This document shows, one piece after another, positions 10,661-22,848 of a stretch of DNA of 64,000 nt (positions within the stretch are counted from its first letter, which is position 1; every line of letters begins with the position of its first letter). Source of the DNA: Trypanosoma brucei (lineage: Eukaryota). The position numbers and the translations under genes are program-made. Location: the NCBI GenBank assembly GCA_000002445.1, contig CH464491.1:3296001-3360000 (forward strand). Reading direction: 5' to 3'. Below the pieces are notes generated by a model. It was not told where the DNA came from, ran no database searches, and worked only from the letters and a program-made list of their open reading frames with translations.

Positions 10661-11580
10661 CAAAACTCGGACGGAAAGGAGGAAAGCAAAAAAAAATAGT
10701 AGTGCGTGCAGCTACTAGGCTAGGGCGCGTTGACCGCACTGTTGCAGACACAACTCCCTCTTCCTCGTCATGTCACCTCTTTTTTCCTTTTTTGAGCTTG
10801 CGACAAAACAAGTTGCAGATCATACGTTTTAGTTTTACTGTCAACACCATCTTTAATGTCCCGTTTTTTGTTCGGTTGTTTGGGAGTGGTGGTGGTGGTG
10901 TTTCCGCTGCCAGGGTCATGCCGTGAGTCGCGTGCGGTCTCCACGACTGTAGAGGGGAGAATTTGCTAGTTGGAGGGTCCCTGCCAAATTCATGGTGAGG
11001 TCCAGCTGCAAAGACGTTTGCTATGGCGCGGAGAAAATCGTCACCCCTCTGTGTTTGTTTTCACTGGGTAGGTTTAAAAAAAAAAAAATGAAGACAGCGC
11101 CGGCATTGGTGTCGTTTTAGGTAGGCATGAGGAATAAGAAAAGAGGAAACGACCCATTTTCGGCTTGGTGTTTCTTGAAAGCTGGAAACCAGAGTCTAAC
11201 TACCACCGCCCTCAACTCCATGTCTTTTCCTGCTGCTCCTCCCTCACAACCCCTGCAATGTGTAGGAATTGTGGAGCTGATCTTTTCACGACTGTTTGAT
11301 CTAAATAACCCTATATATGTACACATTTATACCAATGGCTATGGGGCTTGCCTTTTCACGTTTCTTCTTTAACATCGTTTTTTGAGTGTGGGGGTTGTAG
11401 AGAAGTTTCGCGGGTGTGGGCGGCAGGAAGAGTTTTTTCTTTTCTTTTCTTCGGAAAGAACAAGGTCTAAGTTATAAAGGGATAGAAAAGAGGGGGAACA
11501 ACAGGGAGCTATCAGCACATTTAGTTCTGTACATTGCTATCACATAGAGAGAGGGTTCGCTCCCTCTCCTCCCTTGGAAC

Positions 11581-12342
11581 ATGGCCCAAAGCTTTGATGA
11601 CTGGCTGCAGAGTTTGAATCCCGTAACGAAAGGCGTGTTCGCCGCCGCAGTCCTCCTGACGGCAGCCATTTCCATGCATATTGCACCTTATACATACTTT
11701 ACTTTGGATACCTCTGCGATTATGGGGCTGCAATTGTGGCGACCTTTCACGGCTGCACTTTTCTTTGGTAAGTTCTCCTTCCCATGGTTAATTGCGATGG
11801 CAATGTTTGTTTCCTACCTCAAGTATAACGAGGAATACGACTACCAAGGGAAAACAGCAGATTTTGCGTGGATGCTTATTCTTGTTGTTATTGGACTGAC
11901 AGCAGGTGGGTTGTTGCTTGGGTTGCCCATCGTTAGTGGTGCTCTGCTAATGGCACTGTGCTGGGTTTTTTGTAAGCGTCACCCGCAGCTGCGCATGAAA
12001 TTGTATAGCTTCGAGTTCGATGCGAAGACGTTTCCATGGGTGTTGGCCCTGTTTCACTTTATTCTCGGTCAAAACATTCTTGAGGATGCGCTTGGTATCG
12101 TTGTGGGTCACCTCTTCTTTTTTCTTAACGATCTGATACCTTTGAAGCACGGAACAAACCCAATTGCGACACCCTCGTGGTTTGTGCGTCTCACAGGGCT
12201 TGAAAATGGCGGCGTGCGCTTTGGTGGCGTGCACGCGGGAGGACAGGCGTTTGCTGCTCGATTCGCGCGGCAACCACCACCAGCTGCCGCGGGCGGGCGG
12301 CCGCACCATTGGGGACCAGGTCACCGGCTTGGCACAACTTAA
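11581..12342 (+). CDS. Derlin (Der1-like ER-associated degradation protein)
   Basis: N-terminal DWLQSLNPVTKGVFAAAVLLTA and LQLWRPFTAALFFG match the Derlin/Der1 signature (WYxxxPxxTR, QxWRxxT). The C-terminal tail HHWGPGHRLG matches Derlin-1 HNWGQGFRLG. Four predicted TM segments. Confidence 0.8.
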   Translation: MAQSFDDWLQSLNPVTKGVFAAAVLLTAAISMHIAPYTYFTLDTSAIMGLQLWRPFTAALFFGKFSFPWLIAMAMFVSYLKYNEEYDYQGKTADFAWMLILVVIGLTAGGLLLGLPIVSGALLMALCWVFCKRHPQLRMKLYSFEFDAKTFPWVLALFHFILGQNILEDALGIVVGHLFFFLNDLIPLKHGTNPIATPSWFVRLTGLENGGVRFGGVHAGGQAFAARFARQPPPAAAGGRPHHWGPGHRLGTT

Positions 12343-12835
12343 CTGGACCCCCTCGCCTTCCCCCTCCTTTTTTCTTCCTCGCACGGGAACTGTGACTATT
12401 GTACATCCGTGTGGTTAGTGTTGGGAATTTCCTGGGTATCCAAGCAACGCATGAGGAAAGTGGTGTGGGAACAAAAATTTGTGGACAATTGCCCCAGCAA
12501 CAGCCCACTCAACACATCTGTTCCCTCTATGTTATCTTGCGCGGTTGCTTCGGGTCTTAAGTTGGAATCGTATCTCCTTCTTTTTGTTGGCGTTACAGCC
12601 CTTTACTCTGTGTTCCTTAAGAAAGCTCTGATTTTTTCTTTATTCTTCTCCCCAAATTGCAGTCTTGACTTACCTGGTGCAGGAAAAAAGTGGGAAGGTG
12701 CCAAAAGCAGTTGAGGGTACGGTTGAGTCAACGACAGTAATAGGGAAAGCAGTTCACTCCGCAGGCGTCCGTGACTACACGCGCTCGCTTCAAATCAACA
12801 GTTTTATTTAGTATCACAGTTGCCACCACGCACCG

Positions 12836-15367
12836 ATGGAGCACGAACAAAGGGTTTCAGAAGCGGGAGCGAAACTAAAGCAACCAGACGTGTGGCCAGT
12901 GGAAATCGAACAAATACTCTCAGCACTTGACAACTCTCAACGCGTGGCAGTGTGTGAAAACCCTTCCCAGCCACTTCTAATCATTGCTGGTGCAGGAAGT
13001 GGGAAAACACTCACAATGGCCAGTCGCATCGCCTTTCTAATTTTAAACAACGTGGCGCCGCAAAATATACTTGGTCTGTGCTTTTCACGGCAAGCGGCAG
13101 AGACCCTACGTGGCCGGGTGGCCTCTGTGCTTCCACCCGCCATGGCTGGGTTGGCCCAGAAACTGAAATTAAAAACGTTTCATGCCTTTGGCCTTGAGTG
13201 CTTGCGGCGTTACGCTTGTATCGAACTCACAACGGAAGTTTATGATGCTCGACGCCAACGGGACCTTGCATTCACCGTGGTGGAGAAACACGCTCAATAC
13301 TACAAAGGTGTGGAGGCTGTCGTGACGCTTATTGATTACGTAAATAAGGCCAAGACGAAGAAAGATATGAGGGCAGGAACAGAGTTGGATCCCTCACGAC
13401 AGCCGGCGTACCTTTTCCGCTTCTACGAGTCAATGCTGCACGAAGAACTCAACGCAGTCGACTTCGGTGACTTGGAGCAGAGGTTTCTTAAAGCGCTCCG
13501 CCCAGTGAGACAGCGAAACGATGCCACCAGTGAGGGTAACAACAACAGCAACAGCAGCAGTTACAGCATTTCTGCTGACGCGTCGAGCACTTTACAACTG
13601 TCACCAATGGCCATTCAGCTGCGGTCGCAATACACCCATTTTGTTGTTGACGAGTTTCAGGACTTGAACGAGGTGCAGCTGGAGTGTCTCGCACTTCTTG
13701 CGGGTGACGAGTGTCGTGTTACTTGCGTCGGAGACCCTAACCAGTGTATCTATGCGTGGCGTGGTGCAACAGCCGAGAGCTTTAACCTTTGGCGCAGCCG
13801 GTTCCCACGAAGTGTGATAATGAAACTCGAAACAAATTACCGCAGTTCAGCAGAGATAGTGTGCGCCGTTAACCAAGTTACACATTTGGAGCAAAGCAGT
13901 CATAAGGGTCAGTCAGGTACAAATATAACTTTAGTGAAGTGCAAATATGCGTGGGAGCAGTTAAAGCTCATACCACGTATCATCGAACGGTTACGTGGCC
14001 GTGATCGATCCCTTCCTTACGGCTCCATCGCCGTACTCTGTCGTACCCACCGCACTGTGCGCGAGCTCGTAACTGCGCTTGAGAACGATGGTATCCCTGT
14101 CACGGAGCTAAGGCGAGGAGCTCCAAATTCTGTTGCTCTTGTACGCGCCCTACTATCTTACCTTCGGTTGTGTATTCACCCTCATTCCAACGTTGATGTG
14201 GAGTGTGTCATACGTGACGCTCCCAACCACTTTGCCGCACCGTCGGCGACAAAGTTTATATTCGCTTTACAAGCAGAAGCCCTTACTCGTCGACTGCATT
14301 TGACGACGGAACAACAGCTCGAAGGGCATTACAAGTGCTCCTATTATACCATATTGCGCGAATTGGTTCACAATGGGTTTGCTACATCGAGCGACAGGCT
14401 GCGTACAACGAAGCCACAGCAAAAACTCCTTCGCACAATTATTGAAGTGACCGCTGCTGCACACGAAGCACTCAGCAGATTCTACTGCAACATCGAGGAT
14501 GTGGTGCGCAGTGTGGCGGAACGCGCTGGATTTGATGATGGGAGCGCGGGTGGTGCGAAGATAAGGCACAAGGTAAACAATGGCATGGCGGGAGGCGGTT
14601 TCAACGGTATTAAAAGGGCTAAGCGGCCTCGCTGTGCACCCCGTGTGGCGGCTCACCTGACGGACTCAGTGGACGTGTGGGAGGACGTTATGAACGAAGG
14701 TGAGGAAATAATGTCGTCAATACCACAGTTGCTTCTTGGCGCTTGCGAGGCTGTTCAGGAGCAGATAATCGCGGAGCAGAGTGCTGTTGAGGCCGATGCG
14801 ATTAATGGTGATGTGCTTGGTTTTAGCGACAACAGGAGCGTGGTGAAAGCTGAGCCTGACGAGAGAAGTGTTGGAACGCATCCAGACGTCCCAGCTGCAC
14901 AACCAAGATATGACCCCTACACCGTACTGCAGCGAGTTATTGACGAGTTCCTTCAGCTCTTGCCAAGTGATGATTTTGGTCCAATGAAGGGTCCGGAAGC
15001 TCTAAAACCCGAGGAAAGGACAGTTACTGTGACCACTGTGCATCAGGCGAAGGGAAAAGAGTGGCCAGCTGTCATTATACCGTGCTGCTATGAAGGTGAG
15101 TTCCCGATAGACACGCGAAAGGCTGAGGAAAAGCGGGTCTTCTACGTTGCAATGAGTCGTGCGATGGAGAGCCTCGTATTTCTGACGGCTGAACAGGGGC
15201 CGCCAACAAACGCGTCAGGGCGAACAGCTGACGGGGACCACGCTCTGGATTCCACCGGGACGGAACAGCAATATGTGCAGCTGCAGATGACACCGTACCT
15301 GCGGCCCATCTTGCATCAAGTTAAAGTGATAACCATGTCTGCAGAAAGTGAAGGGCAGCAAGAGTGA
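12836..15367 (+). CDS. UvrD/PcrA/Rep-family ATP-dependent DNA helicase
   Basis: Walker A AGAGSGKTLT. Motif II VVDEFQDLN. Helicase motifs TNYRSS and VTTVHQAKGKEWPAVII (motif VI-like). 843 codons. Confidence 0.8.
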   Translation: MEHEQRVSEAGAKLKQPDVWPVEIEQILSALDNSQRVAVCENPSQPLLIIAGAGSGKTLTMASRIAFLILNNVAPQNILGLCFSRQAAETLRGRVASVLPPAMAGLAQKLKLKTFHAFGLECLRRYACIELTTEVYDARRQRDLAFTVVEKHAQYYKGVEAVVTLIDYVNKAKTKKDMRAGTELDPSRQPAYLFRFYESMLHEELNAVDFGDLEQRFLKALRPVRQRNDATSEGNNNSNSSSYSISADASSTLQLSPMAIQLRSQYTHFVVDEFQDLNEVQLECLALLAGDECRVTCVGDPNQCIYAWRGATAESFNLWRSRFPRSVIMKLETNYRSSAEIVCAVNQVTHLEQSSHKGQSGTNITLVKCKYAWEQLKLIPRIIERLRGRDRSLPYGSIAVLCRTHRTVRELVTALENDGIPVTELRRGAPNSVALVRALLSYLRLCIHPHSNVDVECVIRDAPNHFAAPSATKFIFALQAEALTRRLHLTTEQQLEGHYKCSYYTILRELVHNGFATSSDRLRTTKPQQKLLRTIIEVTAAAHEALSRFYCNIEDVVRSVAERAGFDDGSAGGAKIRHKVNNGMAGGGFNGIKRAKRPRCAPRVAAHLTDSVDVWEDVMNEGEEIMSSIPQLLLGACEAVQEQIIAEQSAVEADAINGDVLGFSDNRSVVKAEPDERSVGTHPDVPAAQPRYDPYTVLQRVIDEFLQLLPSDDFGPMKGPEALKPEERTVTVTTVHQAKGKEWPAVIIPCCYEGEFPIDTRKAEEKRVFYVAMSRAMESLVFLTAEQGPPTNASGRTADGDHALDSTGTEQQYVQLQMTPYLRPILHQVKVITMSAESEGQQE

Positions 15368-15780
15368 GCGTAATAACTATTGTGGGGAGAATAAAAGTAT
15401 CGACCCACTGGGGAGGGGGCGTACAATTGGAGATACTCTGCGATCTGATAATATGTCTTGCGATATAATGAGAAACGGGATTCCGTTTTGTACCTCTGTA
15501 GAGGGGCGTACTGATTTCATGTCTAATAATTGAAGCAGTTGTTTACCCTTCATTGCCGCGAAGCATACACAGGAAAAGCGCACGAACGCACTACGTTACA
15601 CACGCCCTATCATCGTCGATTTATTGTACTTTGTTACTTGCGGCCAGTCACTTCCCCTCCCACCGTTTTGAATTTTTCTTTGTACTGCTAATGGAATACT
15701 CTCAGTTTCCTGCAAGCCCGCCTAGCGGCTCCACATTCCACCGTGTATAAAACTATATACGAACTTTACTGAAACATACC

Positions 15781-15800
15781 ATATATATATATATATATTT
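15781..15800. repeat. (AT)n microsatellite
   Basis: atatatatatatatatat. Confidence 0.9.
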
Positions 15801-16087
15801 GTACATGCGCACATATACATATAGGCATATATACATATATACACCCCAAGAACCGGTAGGAATAGTTGTTGGTTTCTTTTTGTTCGTTTGTTTGGAGTAC
15901 GGATGCACATACAGAGGGAAAGGGCATGTGTGCCCTGTTTGACCTTTATCCTTTTGGAACTAAATTTTGTTTTACCGCTTTCACATACACACTGTTTCCC
16001 CTTCTTTCTATCCGTCTGCGTTTTATCGACATAACGTCCGCACACTGCTTCGCGTACGTGTTAGGGCGCACTACATCTTGTAGCACG

Positions 16088-17092
16088 ATGATGACAAACT
16101 TGAATGTGCGGACCATTAAGGGCTGCTTCCCCGGTTCCTTACCTGATGCACTCAACGACATGTCCGTCATCGATCACATTCTTTCCCTGACTGGACGCTT
16201 CGACGAGGGTCAGGCTGCGCTGGCGTCAACTGTCAACGTGGTTTATGTTGGTACCGCGGTCTACGATATTCCACGCTATCGTGAAGAGTACACGAAGAAT
16301 TTCATAGCGCGCGGTTGCGGAATAAGTGAGGTTTGCGTTGCAGAAGCGCGGTCGACCGGAGCGACACCGTGTGCAGCTGCTACCATGGTTACGCCAGACC
16401 AGCTTCAGCACTTAGCGGAGGCACATATCATTTTACTACCGGAGGGTAACACCCTTTTCGCTATACGACGCTGGGAGGAAACGGGCCTCGATGCGTGTCT
16501 CCGGGCAAGTGCAGCTCGTGGTGTTGTCTTAGTGGGGGGTGGTTGCTGCTTCAGGGCTGAACACAGCGACTCGGCAAACCCCAAAACATGCGCACAGTAC
16601 ATGTTGTCGCGGGAAAATGAAGCGGATTCAGGGCAGCCGGTGGAAATGGAGGAAGGGGGTGCGAAGTGGGAGTACCTATGCGTTCACGGCCTCAGTGTGT
16701 TGCCGGGTATATTCTGCCCCCAGCACAGCTCGCGTGACGCCACGGGTTTACTCTTGAATGAAAGCTTTAGTAAGATGCTGAAACGGCATCCAACTGAGCG
16801 AGGGATTGGTGTCGACTGCAGGGCGGTGCTTCTGCTGATGGGTGACGGTCGGTACCAGGTGCTGACGATAGCCAATAGAGAGGGAAGAACTGCCTCCGTT
16901 AAGGACATAAACATCCAAATAAAGGATGTTGTCGAGGGAAATGTGCAGACAACCACAATTCAACAACAGGGAAGCGTAGAAGAACTGCTTCGAAAACCGT
17001 GTGGACCTGTCGTACGAGACCCCTTTGAGGCGTACTATGCAATGGCCAACCCAACTGCGCTAACAGAAAAGCTACTATGTGCACCCAGGTGA
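16088..17092 (+). CDS. Hypothetical protein, possibly peptidase S51 (dipeptidase E)-like / class-I glutamine-amidotransferase fold
   Basis: Track ORF starts at TTG 15866 and runs through a polypyrimidine tract. First plausible ATG after that tract is 16088 (MMTNLNV). LLPEGNTLFAIRRW...GVVLVGGGCC resembles the S51 GGNTF...G(S)AG core. Weak call. Confidence 0.4.
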   Translation: MMTNLNVRTIKGCFPGSLPDALNDMSVIDHILSLTGRFDEGQAALASTVNVVYVGTAVYDIPRYREEYTKNFIARGCGISEVCVAEARSTGATPCAAATMVTPDQLQHLAEAHIILLPEGNTLFAIRRWEETGLDACLRASAARGVVLVGGGCCFRAEHSDSANPKTCAQYMLSRENEADSGQPVEMEEGGAKWEYLCVHGLSVLPGIFCPQHSSRDATGLLLNESFSKMLKRHPTERGIGVDCRAVLLLMGDGRYQVLTIANREGRTASVKDINIQIKDVVEGNVQTTTIQQQGSVEELLRKPCGPVVRDPFEAYYAMANPTALTEKLLCAPR

Positions 17093-17569
17093 TATTGGAA
17101 GAGCCAGCTGTTTCGTTAGGCCCCGGTGTACGGACATTTTGGTAGCAGTGTCGTTTGAACGTGCGTTGGTGAAGAGGTAACGTTGGCGTTCCCAGATGCA
17201 CGATAGTGTTGTTTGGAATCGACACATGTGCGCGCGTTCGTCAACATGTGAATAGGAATTTTTTTTTGATCCAACCCTTTGGAAAGCGATACATATCTAC
17301 AGAGGTATATGTCTGTGCTGCGGGAGCACCCACTGGGATCGGGGGTCTGCGTGCAGGTGTGTAGATAAAGAAATATATATTCATATTTCACATAGTTTTC
17401 TTCTTTCCCTCTCTATTGCAACCATGTATAGTTACGACACCATTGCCACTTGCTGAGAACACAGCACATTAAAGGAAGTGCAACTAAGGCACAAGAAATA
17501 TTTCCTTCACGATCAACTGCACCCCAGCTAGGGCATTCATCGCTCTCGCTGTGTCTCTGCGATTTTGCA

Positions 17570-19840
17570 ATGAGAGAACGAAACGCTTCCGTGTCGAGGC
17601 ACCCTGACGGGAAACACAGTAATGAGCGGCGGAACCCAGAAAAGGATTTTTCAATCCCATCACGAGAAAGTGAATGCGGCGCCCTTTTTTGGATTGCAGC
17701 GGCAGTTGTTGTTGCAGCCCTGTCGTGCACAAGTGTCTTGGTGTTGACATCCACAAAACCCTCAAGCGAGCGGCGGGGGGAACGTCGTGAAGATGCCGTT
17801 GCACACAAGGGGGCGCAACTGGCTCCACCACCCCCGCAGGGAGTCACATATTATGAGGGAAAGGCGAGCCCAACGCAGAAGGAACAACGGGCTGGAGAAT
17901 GGTCATGCTACACAATGGAGGAATACAGTTTGAAGTTTATTGGGGGTTTGCGTGAAATGCGCCATTCTTCACTGAGATCGAAGAACCAGAGCGGCCCGCA
18001 GTATTTTTTTCGCTGTGGTATACGAATCATCGACACGGAAACGGAGCAGAATCACACGAAGGTGAAGCAGTGTGCGGCAGCAGCGCACGGCGAGACGTCA
18101 TTTCCAACGTTACGCGTGTATTTGTCGAGTGGTATGGAAGAACGCCTGCACAAGAAGCAAAAGAAAAACTTTGCCGCCCAACACATCCTGCTTGAACGTC
18201 TCAACGATGATTACTGTGACTGTTTGGACGGAACAGATGAACTAACAACGAATGCCTGTAGCATGTCTGGTGTTGTGGCACCGCTCGCCCGTAAACGGTG
18301 GAGACAATTCCTGACGTCCAATGAGCACGTGCGCCTGTACGAAGACGAAGAGATGATGTCGAAAGAGCACGCGGAACGGTTGCTAACACGAGTCGGTGGA
18401 CGGGTGCTGCCATTCCGTTGCAAGAATGATCAGGGTGTCCTGCTGACCCCCTCAATGATGAATGACGGAATAGTGGACTGCTGTGACGGGAGCGACGAAG
18501 TGGACCAGGTGCGGAGGGACGAGTGGGCCACACGTGTGGGGCAGTTGGAGCCATTACTTGACAAAAGCAGCGGTCCGGAAAGCAATTTGCGTGTCGGTGA
18601 TCACAATACCGTAGCGCAGATGTTGATGCGAACTGGCCAGAATGGGCTCATGACTTGTGACCGTATGAAAAGGGAGCGGCTGCGTGAGGCTAAAGCGCTT
18701 TACACGCTTGTGGAGCGGGGTCACGCAACGTGGAAGGAGCGTGTAGCAGATGGATGGGAAAAGTACGGCAGCGAATTCCTGGACCGTCGTGTCGAAGTGC
18801 AACGGAAGTTTAACGATACGGCCGCTTTGTTCACAGAGGTCCGCACGCGTATCAAGAAGCGCATGCAGGAACTCGGGGTGCAGACGCCGCTCGCCCCTGG
18901 GGTGCCTCACCAAGAAGTACAGCGCGCTGAAGAGCTCGCTGCAACCCTTGGCCGTCTAAACATGCAACTGCGTCACATGCAGCTTGTTTTGGATCTGGGT
19001 GTCCTCGGGGACAGCTTTGAGTATAGTGTTATTGCTTCGAGAAGCTATTCAGTGGCACAACAACGGTTATGGAACCCCATTCAGGGACGATCGACGCACA
19101 CACAACAACAACTATATGATGAAGGTCAATACGATGGTAACTCTCCTGTTGGCACATCACCAGAGAACTTGCCATTGCATGTTGACAATGTCTCCTTCAC
19201 TGGTTTCTCAGTGGACCCATTTGCGCATATAAATGGTTGGGTCAGGGTGATGGATAAAGGAAAAAGGGCCCGTTTATACGGTGATGAAAATAGCCTTAAT
19301 GATAATGCTACGGGAAACAGTACCTCAGCAGATATTGACAGTGAACCGATTGTTATTGGCTTCTGGGTTCCCCTCCCCGCTTCCCCGCTGACAAGTCAAA
19401 TGTCTTCAATCAATCCCCCCACCGGGGATGGTGCACTCTGGCGACGTTTGTTCTCTACAAAGCTGGCACCTTCGAAGGGTGGTTTCGACAAAATTTTGAG
19501 CGAGAGACAAATAGGCAAAAAGAGGTTACGTGAACTGGGCGACAAGCAGCCTCATGGCGCACCGTCGGAGCCTGTTGTGCATGTGTTTAGCGGCGGAATC
19601 CCATGTCAAGACAATGGGGCAGCGGAACCAATGTACAGTCATGGCTGGCTGGTTTTTGTTTGCGCTGATACGGACGGTGTGCTCGAGTGGCATCGAAATG
19701 GAAAGTGCGAACACCAGATTGTATTTGGTACAACCAGCGCCTGCTCAGTGCGGGTGATGGAAGAGGCTGCTACGCGGCTCCAGCATGCGGAGGCCTCCGT
19801 GAGGGAGAGCATAAACCCAAGAAGGGAAGTGGGGGAGTGA
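17570..19840 (+). CDS. Glucosidase II beta-subunit (PRKCSH)-like protein
   Basis: Track ORF starts at TTG 17450; first ATG is at 17570. Two LDLa-like motifs diagnostic of GIIbeta (DDYCDCLDGTDE and FRCKNDQG...NDGIVDCCDGSDE). N-terminal hydrophobic signal/anchor (ALFWIAAAVVVAALSCTSVLVL). C-terminal MRH-like segment (WLVFVCADTDG...C). Confidence 0.6.
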   Translation: MRERNASVSRHPDGKHSNERRNPEKDFSIPSRESECGALFWIAAAVVVAALSCTSVLVLTSTKPSSERRGERREDAVAHKGAQLAPPPPQGVTYYEGKASPTQKEQRAGEWSCYTMEEYSLKFIGGLREMRHSSLRSKNQSGPQYFFRCGIRIIDTETEQNHTKVKQCAAAAHGETSFPTLRVYLSSGMEERLHKKQKKNFAAQHILLERLNDDYCDCLDGTDELTTNACSMSGVVAPLARKRWRQFLTSNEHVRLYEDEEMMSKEHAERLLTRVGGRVLPFRCKNDQGVLLTPSMMNDGIVDCCDGSDEVDQVRRDEWATRVGQLEPLLDKSSGPESNLRVGDHNTVAQMLMRTGQNGLMTCDRMKRERLREAKALYTLVERGHATWKERVADGWEKYGSEFLDRRVEVQRKFNDTAALFTEVRTRIKKRMQELGVQTPLAPGVPHQEVQRAEELAATLGRLNMQLRHMQLVLDLGVLGDSFEYSVIASRSYSVAQQRLWNPIQGRSTHTQQQLYDEGQYDGNSPVGTSPENLPLHVDNVSFTGFSVDPFAHINGWVRVMDKGKRARLYGDENSLNDNATGNSTSADIDSEPIVIGFWVPLPASPLTSQMSSINPPTGDGALWRRLFSTKLAPSKGGFDKILSERQIGKKRLRELGDKQPHGAPSEPVVHVFSGGIPCQDNGAAEPMYSHGWLVFVCADTDGVLEWHRNGKCEHQIVFGTTSACSVRVMEEAATRLQHAEASVRESINPRREVGE

Positions 19841-21267
19841 CCGATACATGAGATTGCAGGTAAGATATATAGCCGTGATAAACGAAACAACACCATGGGG
19901 AGTTTGTGTTGGTGTGTCATTAATGTATATATATATATATATATTAGATAGGTGCGGTCATCGTGCGCACGTGAACGGCACAACCCTGAGGGATTATATG
20001 AAAGGGGAAAATGCCTTGAATATCACTAACCCTTGAGGGTAACATGACGGCTTATGTTGTACTTGCGAGAGAGTGGGTACATGCGGTCACAAGGCAGCAC
20101 GCACGTTGGGGTCACAAAAAACACATATACTTGCATCTGTATCGGTGTGTATGCATTTATTTATTTACTTGGTACTGCTGTTATTTAAGTATTTTTTTTG
20201 TTTTTTTATTCAACTTCTAAACTATGGCCACTAGGCATACTTCACGAGGTTGCGCCCTCGAACCCATCATTGTCACATCTTGAGGGTAGAAGCTTCAAGA
20301 ACATGGGTAAAGGAAGAAAAAGAGAAAAAATCTCGCGGCGCAGCAGCGCCCAAAGTTTTCACCTCCCCACCTTTTTGTTATCCCTTTCTAATTTACACAC
20401 AAGACAAAACGTCTGATATACTCACCCATCTCCTGATAATTCCGGCCTCTTTGTTACACCTACAAGGCTTACATCCTCGTTTTTCTTTTCTTGTTGTGTA
20501 GTTCTATTTTTTTTTTTTAATGGCTCGTATCCCGAAAATCATAACTTTGTAATAGCTCAACCTTGATTTATTTTTGTTTTGTTGCGTACACGTGTATCTT
20601 GGATATTGTACTGTTAAGAGAGAAAATAAGGAGCTTTATATGGAATTGTTTACTTCATTGTGTATCTTACTTTTTTTTCTGACTTTCCATTGTGTAATTC
20701 GCGGCAGCAGTGCAGTTCTATGGTCACATAATTGAGGATATCAGCTCCCCGATTGTGATGCGTCTTGGGTGATTTTCCTAAAAGAAAAGAGAGCAGCTGA
20801 AGAAGCGAAATGAAGTTCTAAGCGTCATGATTAGTAGTAGTACTAGTGGGGATAGAGTTAGATGATTTACTCCACTTATCTTATTTTTTGTCTTATTTTC
20901 TGTTTGCCGAGTGTCTCGTTCGAACAAAATGAAAAAGAGAGAGGATAACATGTTTGTGAACATTTGTAGTTGACGTCTCTACACACTGCACCGCCTCCTT
21001 CACCCACACCTACATACTTCTTTTTTCTTATGTGACAATTTTGTTGAAGGGTTTCGCATCTTTTGAAGGAAGCGAGCAGAAGCAGAGGTGGGATAAGCTT
21101 GCTGCAGGTTAAGAAAGAAAAAAAAGGAGCAACCTCGCACATACGCACATTAGTGGTGGTGATTCACAGCAGCCTGTGGGGGAAAACGTGTGCGTGACCG
21201 AAGGAAAGACGCAGATACGTTTTGCGACAATTAAAATTAAAGCACGACAGCATAAACGGAAAGGGAA

Positions 21268-22848
21268 ATGACCGTTCCGGTTAGGCAGGCGCGCATTGTC
21301 GTAGTAGAGCCGCCAACCAATAGCGGCGGTGCTGTCGGTGAGGTTCCTCAAGGGCAGAAAGTTAAAAACGAACAGCGACCCCCAGACATGTTCGTTGCTT
21401 GCTTCGAGGCTGCTCTAAACGAAGAACTTCGGGAAAAAACAATCTCGAACGATCTCCGATCATGTTTTGAACAAATAAGCTCACCTTATGGCTTCATCCG
21501 GAATGAAGGATTGCGTGGAGCACTGCAATGGTTATGCGACGTGTCAGTGGAGGCAGCAAGGGAAGGAGCAGCCTCCACAGAGTGTGGTGATGGCAGTAGT
21601 GGGGCACATGTGCCATATGATGCCATACGCTCCTCTGTTATGAAGCGGAGCTCGGGGGAACTCCATGGGCCTCAAACGATAGGAAAGGCAAAACTATGCC
21701 ACAGTGACTCGTGGGACCGAGTGCAGAGGGCCTTGCGCGGGGCGCATTACACATCGTCTGTGTTCCTTCGTGTGCTTGTGCCGCGCGTAGATGGTGGGCG
21801 GCCATACTATGGTCCCAGTGGGCCTGTTAACGTAGAGTTATCGGAGGAGGAAGCGCTGACGTGGAACACGCTAAGCCATGCGCGACAGTCTACTTCACTA
21901 AGTGCATCCAGTCCCCATGCAGTAGCTTCACCAAATGCGTGCAAAAGAAAGCCTCTTGACGTCGCTCTGACGGAGGTGACGTACCAAGAGCAGGAACTTG
22001 CATTGAGACTTCTACAGGGACTTAGCCTCACCATTTATGATCAGCGCAGAATGATTGCAGAGGGGCGGTTAATCCCATTCGCAATTGAGGTATGGCAGTG
22101 TTGTCTGCAGCACGCAGGGGCACTCTTCACACGGCAACGTCGCCGTGCGGCGGTGAAAAAGGCCCAAACTGCCGATGGGTTCACCGGTGCTGTTACTCTT
22201 AGCGAGTCGGTACCCATGGCCCAATCCACAACTGATGAGGGGGGACCCGTGCGGTTGGATCGGGGATTAGAGAACGTTGTGATTGCATGCATTGATGCAG
22301 TGGAAGCGGTGTGTCACTACAATCCACTTGCACTCACTCGCATTGTGCAGCAGGGAGGTGTCCGCGCATTGCTGGATTTGGGCTTGTGCCCCTACGCCCC
22401 ACGTGATATTCGTTGCTCCGTGTTCGATACCATCAGTGTGCTTATGCAGGAGGTGGCTCCGTTCCGGTGCGCAGTGGCAGCTGGAGCGGCAGGAGCTGCA
22501 GCCCGTGGTGGAGCGCGGGGTGATGAAGATTCACTAATCCATACAATGATACAAAACGCCATGAGTGGCAATAACATTAGCTGTCAGGAGGTACCACTTC
22601 CTTATCTTATGGACCGTGCCAGTGCATCAAAGTTTGACTCGGCCGTGCGTGAGTGGTTTAGTCAAAAAGGATTAAGCCACGTAGTGTCGGCTGTAATGGA
22701 ATTGCGCAATGTTCGTGGCACACCGATAGTTGTGAAGTCGAAGAAGAAGGTCGAAGTGGCCCGTACTGTCCAGCGGATGGAACAAATTCATGAGAAGCGC
22801 CTCCATGCGTTGCTGGAGGCGGTGGATGGCAAGCGTGCCGCGTTATAA
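21268..22848 (+). CDS. Hypothetical protein (526 aa)
   Basis: ATG-initiated ORF with coding-like composition in PTU orientation. No motif recognised. Confidence 0.5.
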   Translation: MTVPVRQARIVVVEPPTNSGGAVGEVPQGQKVKNEQRPPDMFVACFEAALNEELREKTISNDLRSCFEQISSPYGFIRNEGLRGALQWLCDVSVEAAREGAASTECGDGSSGAHVPYDAIRSSVMKRSSGELHGPQTIGKAKLCHSDSWDRVQRALRGAHYTSSVFLRVLVPRVDGGRPYYGPSGPVNVELSEEEALTWNTLSHARQSTSLSASSPHAVASPNACKRKPLDVALTEVTYQEQELALRLLQGLSLTIYDQRRMIAEGRLIPFAIEVWQCCLQHAGALFTRQRRRAAVKKAQTADGFTGAVTLSESVPMAQSTTDEGGPVRLDRGLENVVIACIDAVEAVCHYNPLALTRIVQQGGVRALLDLGLCPYAPRDIRCSVFDTISVLMQEVAPFRCAVAAGAAGAAARGGARGDEDSLIHTMIQNAMSGNNISCQEVPLPYLMDRASASKFDSAVREWFSQKGLSHVVSAVMELRNVRGTPIVVKSKKKVEVARTVQRMEQIHEKRLHALLEAVDGKRAAL